A stretch of DNA of 64,000 nucleotides from Alphaproteobacteria bacterium (GTDB lineage: Bacteria > Pseudomonadota > Alphaproteobacteria > MPNO01): assembly GCA_964291675.2 (NCBI GenBank), contig OZ219866.1, forward strand, positions 288,001 to 352,000. The letters are read 5' to 3'. Both the position numbers and the translations under genes were made by a program. Shown piece after piece: positions 58,886 to 64,000 of the stretch; the stretch's first letter is position 1; every line of letters starts with the position of its first letter. Below the pieces are notes generated by a model. The model was not told the DNA's origin and did not search any database. It was given only the letters and a program-made list of their open reading frames with translations.

Positions 58886-60925
58886 CTACCTCCGCCTTGG
58901 CGCGGGCGGGGCGTCGTCGATGAACCGGCGGGCCGCCCGGGCCTGGCGCGGGTCCGCCTTGCGGAGCGCCCGCCAGGCCGCTTCGGCGAGATCCGGCGCG
59001 CCCCCCCAGACGCCGGACTGGATGGCGAGGCGCAGGGCCTGCGGGTCCTCGGGCGCCATCGTCATCGCCCGGCGCGCATGCCCGGTCATCTCGGCGAAGC
59101 GCCCGGCGAGCTGCAGCGCGACCAGCAGCGAGAGCCTGGCGTTGATCGAGTTTGGGACCTGGCGCGCGGCCTGGCCGAGCAGGGCGATCGCGCCGTCGAA
59201 GTCGCGCGCCCGCGCCAGCAGCCGCCCGGCCTTGAGGAGCTGGCCGTGGTTCATCGCCGCGGCGCAGGCCCTGGACAGCGCATCGCGGTCGGGCTGTTGC
59301 GCCGCGCGCGGGCGGAACCCGTCCATCCGGGCGGCGCAGTCCGCGAACGCGCGGCCCAGCCGGCGGGTCACCCGGGCGGCGTTCGCATCCGCGCGCAAGT
59401 CGAGCAGCGCGCGCAGGCCCGCCAGCGGTATCGCCTCGAAACGCCCCTCGCCGCCGCCGACCGCGATGCCCACCAGCTCGCCGTCCCGGTCCACCAGGGC
59501 GCCGCCGCTGACCCCCGGCTGCATGCGCGCGCGCACGTGGAGCCGTCCGAGCGCGGCGCCCTCGGCCGGGTGCGCGATCAGCCCGCCCGGGGCGAAGACG
59601 CGCACCTGCTTGCGGGCGATGTCGGCCCCGACGGCGTAGAACGCGCCGTCCGAAAATTCCCCTTCGAGGTCCGGGATGGCCCCGTCGGGCAGACCCTCGA
59701 CCTCGAGCAGCGCCAGATCGCCGCGATAGGCGGACGGGACCACCCTTGCCTTCCTCGACCCGTCCGGGGTGTGGACCAGCGCATCCGGGCGGTCCGCGAC
59801 GACATGCCGGTTGGTGACCAGCAGCGCGGGGCCGATCCGCGTGGCGCTGGCCGCGGGGTCGAAGCCGGAGACCGGGAACACCGCCTGGCGCGCGCGGCAG
59901 ACCGGCGCCGGGTGGGGGCAGTCGCCGCGCGCCCGCGGCCTCTCCCGCGGCGCCGGCGGCTCGGGCGCGGCGCCGAGACGGAGCGCGGCGACGCGCCGTT
60001 GTCCGCCGCGCTCCACGGTGACCTCGACCGGCCCGCCGGGATCGCGAATGACGGCGAAGGCGGCGATCGAATCGCGCGGCGTGCGAACCCGGCGCGCGCC
60101 GATCTTCAGCACCGCGTCGCCCGGCGCGATGCCCGCCCGGGCCGCCGGACCGCCCCGCTCGACCGCGCGCACCACGGGCGCGGCCAGCCCGGCCAGCCGG
60201 TCGCGCGGGGCGGCGCGCAGAGCCCAGCCGGGCGACGGGTAGCGCACCGCGCCGTCGGCGACCAGCGCGTCGACGACGCGGAGCAGCAGCGCCGCCGAGA
60301 CCGCGAAGTTGACGCCGATATCGGTGTCCCCCTTGGAGGCGAAGATCGCCGACATCATGCCGACCAGCCGGCCGTCCGCGTCGACCAGCGCGCCGCCCGA
60401 GGTGCCCGGGTTCGACGCGGCGTCGGTCTGGACGAAGTCCTCCACCGGGTTGAACCCGGCATCGGTCACGTTCAGCGCCGACACCACGCCGCAGGTCACC
60501 GAGAGGCCCAGACCGAAGGCGTTGCCGATGGCGCAGACCGGCTGCGCCAGCCGCGGCGCGGGCGCGATCGCGACCGGGGTCGACGCGGCGTCGACGCCGA
60601 GCACGGCGATGTCGCTCGCCTCGTCGCCGGCGATCAGCCGGGCCGGCAGGATGCGCCCGTCGGACAGGCGAACGTCGATCCTTCTTGCCGGCTTGACCAC
60701 GTGCCAGGCCGTCGCGACGATCCCGGGCCGCAGCACCACGCCGCTCCCTTCCGGCGCGACGCCGGGACGACCGCCGCCGCCGCCCTGCGCCCGCCCGGGC
60801 CAGACCGGCAGCACCGAGACCACCGAATTCAGGGTCTCGGCGGGAAGCGCGAACGCCGGGCTCGGATGGGCGGCGAGCAACGCGAGCGGCAGCGCCGCCG
60901 CCCGGCAGACCCGCCGCCACCGCAT
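58886..60925 (-). CDS. HtrA-like protein: trypsin domain, PDZ, second trypsin domain, TPR-like tail
   Basis: TAWHVV/DIAVL/NPGTSGG and TNRHVV/DLALL/QPGVSGG; GPAARAGI..GD PDZ motif. Confidence 0.85.
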   Translation of the reverse strand: MRWRRVCRAAALPLALLAAHPSPAFALPAETLNSVVSVLPVWPGRAQGGGGGRPGVAPEGSGVVLRPGIVATAWHVVKPARRIDVRLSDGRILPARLIAGDEASDIAVLGVDAASTPVAIAPAPRLAQPVCAIGNAFGLGLSVTCGVVSALNVTDAGFNPVEDFVQTDAASNPGTSGGALVDADGRLVGMMSAIFASKGDTDIGVNFAVSAALLLRVVDALVADGAVRYPSPGWALRAAPRDRLAGLAAPVVRAVERGGPAARAGIAPGDAVLKIGARRVRTPRDSIAAFAVIRDPGGPVEVTVERGGQRRVAALRLGAAPEPPAPRERPRARGDCPHPAPVCRARQAVFPVSGFDPAASATRIGPALLVTNRHVVADRPDALVHTPDGSRKARVVPSAYRGDLALLEVEGLPDGAIPDLEGEFSDGAFYAVGADIARKQVRVFAPGGLIAHPAEGAALGRLHVRARMQPGVSGGALVDRDGELVGIAVGGGEGRFEAIPLAGLRALLDLRADANAARVTRRLGRAFADCAARMDGFRPRAAQQPDRDALSRACAAAMNHGQLLKAGRLLARARDFDGAIALLGQAARQVPNSINARLSLLVALQLAGRFAEMTGHARRAMTMAPEDPQALRLAIQSGVWGGAPDLAEAAWRALRKADPRQARAARRFIDDAPPAPRRR

Positions 60926-60956
60926 GCGAGGCGTCTCCCGCGCCGGGCGGGACCTC

Positions 60957-61961
60957 CTACATGGCGCTTGCGGGGACCTTGACGCCAGCTTCCTTGTAGT
61001 AGCGCAGCGCCCCGGGGTGCAGCTTCATGTTCATCTGCTTGAAGGCGTTGCCGATGTTGATGGCGTCCTTGGCCCACGGGGCGACGGCGTGCATCTCGTC
61101 GATATGCTCCCAGAAGGTCCTGGTCATCTTGTAGATGACCTCGTCCGGGATCGCCTTCCGGGTGACCAGCCCGACCCAGGCGGCGATGGTCTGCACCGGC
61201 TTCTCGTTGGCCTGGTTGGCGCCGTAGACATCGGCCGGGAACTGGCCGCGGGTGCGCCCCGGGATCGCCATCACCTTCTTCATCGCAGGCTTCTCCCAGT
61301 CGGCGTCGGACGCGCCGAGGAAGCGGATCTTGTTGGTCAGCGCGACCTGGACGAAGTTGGACGAGGGCGGGTTGCCGGAGGCCACCAGAACGTCGATCTG
61401 GCGGTCCTGGAAGGCCTGCATGGCGGGCGAGAAGCCGAGCTTGACGACCTCGTAGTCCTTGCCCGGCTCCAGCCCGCTGATCGCCCTGGCGAAGCCGCCG
61501 GCGACCACGCGCTGCACCGCGGCGGGCGGGCCCAGAAACACCCGCTTGCCCTTGAGGTCGGCCATCTTCCTGATGCCCGAATCCTCATAGACGCCGAACT
61601 GGTAGAAGCCGATCCGGTAGTTGAACACCGCGCGCAGATTGCCGGCGAGCTCCTTGGCGTTCTTCACCTTGGCGAACATCGCCTTGCCGTGCGACATCAG
61701 GTGGTGAAGCGCCGGCGCCCCCATCAGGAAGTCGGTCTTGCCGCGCGCCGCGTCGAGCGCGTGACGCGGCGCCGCGCCCGTCGCGTTGACCTGGATCTCG
61801 ATGTCCGGGTTGTATTTCTGGACCAGCTTGGCGAACGTCGTGTTGATGGCGAACGGCGTCGGCAGGCTGATCGTCGACATCCGGTAGAATTCCTTGGCAT
61901 GGGCGCCGCCGACAAGGCCGGCCGCCAGCGCTGCGATTGCCAGTGTTGCGAGTGTTCTCAT
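60957..61961 (-). CDS. TAXI family TRAP solute-binding protein
   Basis: Signal peptide, DLKGKRVFLG, LHPGALRYYKE. Confidence 0.92.
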   Translation of the reverse strand: MRTLATLAIAALAAGLVGGAHAKEFYRMSTISLPTPFAINTTFAKLVQKYNPDIEIQVNATGAAPRHALDAARGKTDFLMGAPALHHLMSHGKAMFAKVKNAKELAGNLRAVFNYRIGFYQFGVYEDSGIRKMADLKGKRVFLGPPAAVQRVVAGGFARAISGLEPGKDYEVVKLGFSPAMQAFQDRQIDVLVASGNPPSSNFVQVALTNKIRFLGASDADWEKPAMKKVMAIPGRTRGQFPADVYGANQANEKPVQTIAAWVGLVTRKAIPDEVIYKMTRTFWEHIDEMHAVAPWAKDAINIGNAFKQMNMKLHPGALRYYKEAGVKVPASAM

Positions 61962-63907
61962 GGCTTCGAAGCCTCCTTGGGATCCGCATCCGGTGACGGG
62001 GGGCCTCCGCCGCCCCCGTTCTCGCCGCCAAATCTAGCACTTCGCGCCCGCCGGGACTCGACAAACAGCAACGCGATCGACAGCGCGACGGCGGCGACCT
62101 GGAGTTCGGTCATGCCGTGCAGCGCACCGATGCCGAGCGCGAGCCGCGCCGCCCGGGACCAGGGCGGCAGGCGGGTCCGGTCGACGCCGCCGAGCGCCGT
62201 GGTCATCAGCCAGATCGCGAGCCCGAGCCGCGCCACCACCCAGAGGAAGGGCAGGGTCTCGAAGCCGACCACCAGAGACAGCGACGGGTTGTAGACGAAC
62301 ACGAAGGGGACGATGAACCCGACGAAGGAGAGCTTGAGCGCCTGCACCGCCGTGGTCATCGGGTTGGCGCCGGCGATCGGCGCGGCGGCGTAGGCGGCGA
62401 TGGCCACCGGCGGGATGATCGCCGACAGCACCCCGTAATAGACCACGAACAGGTGCACCAGGATCTTGGGCACGCCGAGGTTCTCGATGGCCTGGCCCAT
62501 GATCAGCACGATGATCAGATAGGCCGGGATGGTCGGCAGGCCCATGCCGAGTATCACGCTGGTCGCCGCGACCAGGAACATGGCGAAGAACAGGTCGGTC
62601 CCGGCGAAGGCGAGGATCATGTTGGAGAACCGGATGCCGAGCCCGGTCAGGTTCATCACGCCGACGATGATGCCGATGGCGGCGACCGCGACCATGATGC
62701 GCCCGCATTGCTCGCCGCCCCGGACCAGCGCCGTGAGATAGATCCGCGGCTTGCGGCGCACCTCCGGGTTCATCAGCCCCAGCGCGGCACCGACGGCGGT
62801 GGCCCACAGCCCGGCCATGGCCGGCGACCGTCCGGTCACCAGCACGCCGATGATGACCAGGATCGGGATGACGAACATCAGCGACATCCACCAGTCCCGG
62901 CGCGACACCCTGGCGCGCTGCGAGCGCGGGATCGCCTCGATGCCGCTGCGCGCGGCCTCCACCCAGACGGCGACGAACAGGCTGGCGTAGTAGAACAGCG
63001 CCGGCATCAGCGCGGCAGCGATGATCACCACGTAGGGGATGCCGGTGACATCGGCCATCACGAAGGCGACCGCGCCCATCACCGGCGGCATGAACTGCCC
63101 GCCGGACGACGCCGCCGCCTCGACCCCGCCGGCGAACGAGCTCTTGAAGCCGCGCTCCTTGATCATCGGGATGGTGAACACGCCGGTGCCGACGACGTTG
63201 GCCGAGACGCTGCCGGAGATGGTGCCGAAGAACCCGCTGGCGGCGATCGCCGCATGGGCGGGCCCGCCCCTGAGCCCGCCGGTGAGGCTGACCGCGATGC
63301 GCAGCAGCACCGCGCCGGCCCCGGTCGCCTCCAGCACCGCTCCGAAGACGATGAAGATGAAGATCAGCGAGATGACGGTGATCACGATAAAGCCGAACAC
63401 GCCGTCGAAGGAGTACCAGACGGTCCGCATCACGGTCTCGAGGTCGTAGCCGGCATGGGCGAAGATCCACGGCAGGTCCTCGCCGAACAGGGCGTAGGCG
63501 ATGCACAGCAGCGACAGGGCCGCGAGCGGCCAGCCGAAGGCGCGCCGGGTCAGCTCCAGCACCGCGAGCAGCCCGCCGGCGCCGACCAGGATGTCGAGGG
63601 GCAGGAAATCGTAGAGCCCGCTCTCCAGCTCGTCGTAGACCGAGGCGAACCAGTAGAGCGAGAGCGCCATCAGGAAGATCAGCGCCCCGTCGATGGCGAG
63701 CAGCGCGGCCCGCACCGCGCCCCGCCCCGACCGGTAGAGCCGGACCAGCGGAACCGTGAGGGCGACCAGGATGACCGACGCGCCGACGGTGACCGAGCGC
63801 TGGTAGATCTCGTCGATCACCCCGAAGGCCGCGGTATAGACCGCCATCGCGGCGATGCCGAAGGCGATCGCCCCGATCGGCCAGCGCGCGATGCCGATGC
63901 CCGGCAA
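61958..63907 (-). CDS. TRAP fused 4TM/12TM permease (TAXI type)
   Basis: GGPAHAA, EAAASSGGQFMPPVMGA, LGMGLPT, PPVA; start approximate. Confidence 0.92.
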   Translation of the reverse strand: MPGIGIARWPIGAIAFGIAAMAVYTAAFGVIDEIYQRSVTVGASVILVALTVPLVRLYRSGRGAVRAALLAIDGALIFLMALSLYWFASVYDELESGLYDFLPLDILVGAGGLLAVLELTRRAFGWPLAALSLLCIAYALFGEDLPWIFAHAGYDLETVMRTVWYSFDGVFGFIVITVISLIFIFIVFGAVLEATGAGAVLLRIAVSLTGGLRGGPAHAAIAASGFFGTISGSVSANVVGTGVFTIPMIKERGFKSSFAGGVEAAASSGGQFMPPVMGAVAFVMADVTGIPYVVIIAAALMPALFYYASLFVAVWVEAARSGIEAIPRSQRARVSRRDWWMSLMFVIPILVIIGVLVTGRSPAMAGLWATAVGAALGLMNPEVRRKPRIYLTALVRGGEQCGRIMVAVAAIGIIVGVMNLTGLGIRFSNMILAFAGTDLFFAMFLVAATSVILGMGLPTIPAYLIIVLIMGQAIENLGVPKILVHLFVVYYGVLSAIIPPVAIAAYAAAPIAGANPMTTAVQALKLSFVGFIVPFVFVYNPSLSLVVGFETLPFLWVVARLGLAIWLMTTALGGVDRTRLPPWSRAARLALGIGALHGMTELQVAAVALSIALLFVESRRARSARFGGENGGGGGPPSPDADPKEASKP

Positions 63908-63912
63908 GCCGG

Positions 63913-64000
63913 CTACCTCCCGGCCGGGGAGTCGACGCGGACGGTCACCACGTCGGTGTCGTGGTATTGCTGGTGGTGAACCGACGAGGCGACATGGCGC
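63913..64000 (-). CDS. C-terminal fragment of an unidentified gene (window edge)
   Basis: Open frame RHVASSVHHQQYHDTDVVTVRVDSPAGR-stop upstream of the permease. Confidence 0.4.
   Translation of the reverse strand, partial: RHVASSVHHQQYHDTDVVTVRVDSPAGR

Overview
A GC-rich alphaproteobacterial (Rhodospirillales-like) chromosome segment. It contains a conserved housekeeping block (hemB, arginyltransferase, parC-recO-era-rnc-lepB-acpS-pdxJ-rel-rpoZ-folK, NYN-UDG, smpB-dapA), a PHA cluster (phaR, phasin, phaC, MaoC), many TRAP/TAXI/ABC transporters, aromatic and N-heterocycle catabolic genes, three tRNAs and two secreted proteases. The accessory elements are the most informative. (1) An IS110/IS1111-type element (40340-41719) sits in a palindromic REP-like repeat. 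Its 3' non-coding region visibly encodes guide segments matching both halves of the reconstructed target (GTGCC-CG-GATCAA) and the element's own circle junction, i.e. a readable bridge/seek RNA programmed against a multicopy host repeat; two empty perfect targets occur in this window. (2) An integrase-less methylase plus PD-(D/E)xK nuclease cassette lies between 77-bp direct repeats that duplicate the 3' end of a GNAT gene. (3) An IS1634-like element inserted at a CTAG shared as stop codon by two convergent genes, next to a divergent HEPN pair. (4) There is a three-level nest of repeats with an 8-bp target duplication. (5) A Rieske/small protein/amidohydrolase-fold operon carries two compensating frameshifts. 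Functional calls rest on recognised motifs and synteny; no searches were run.
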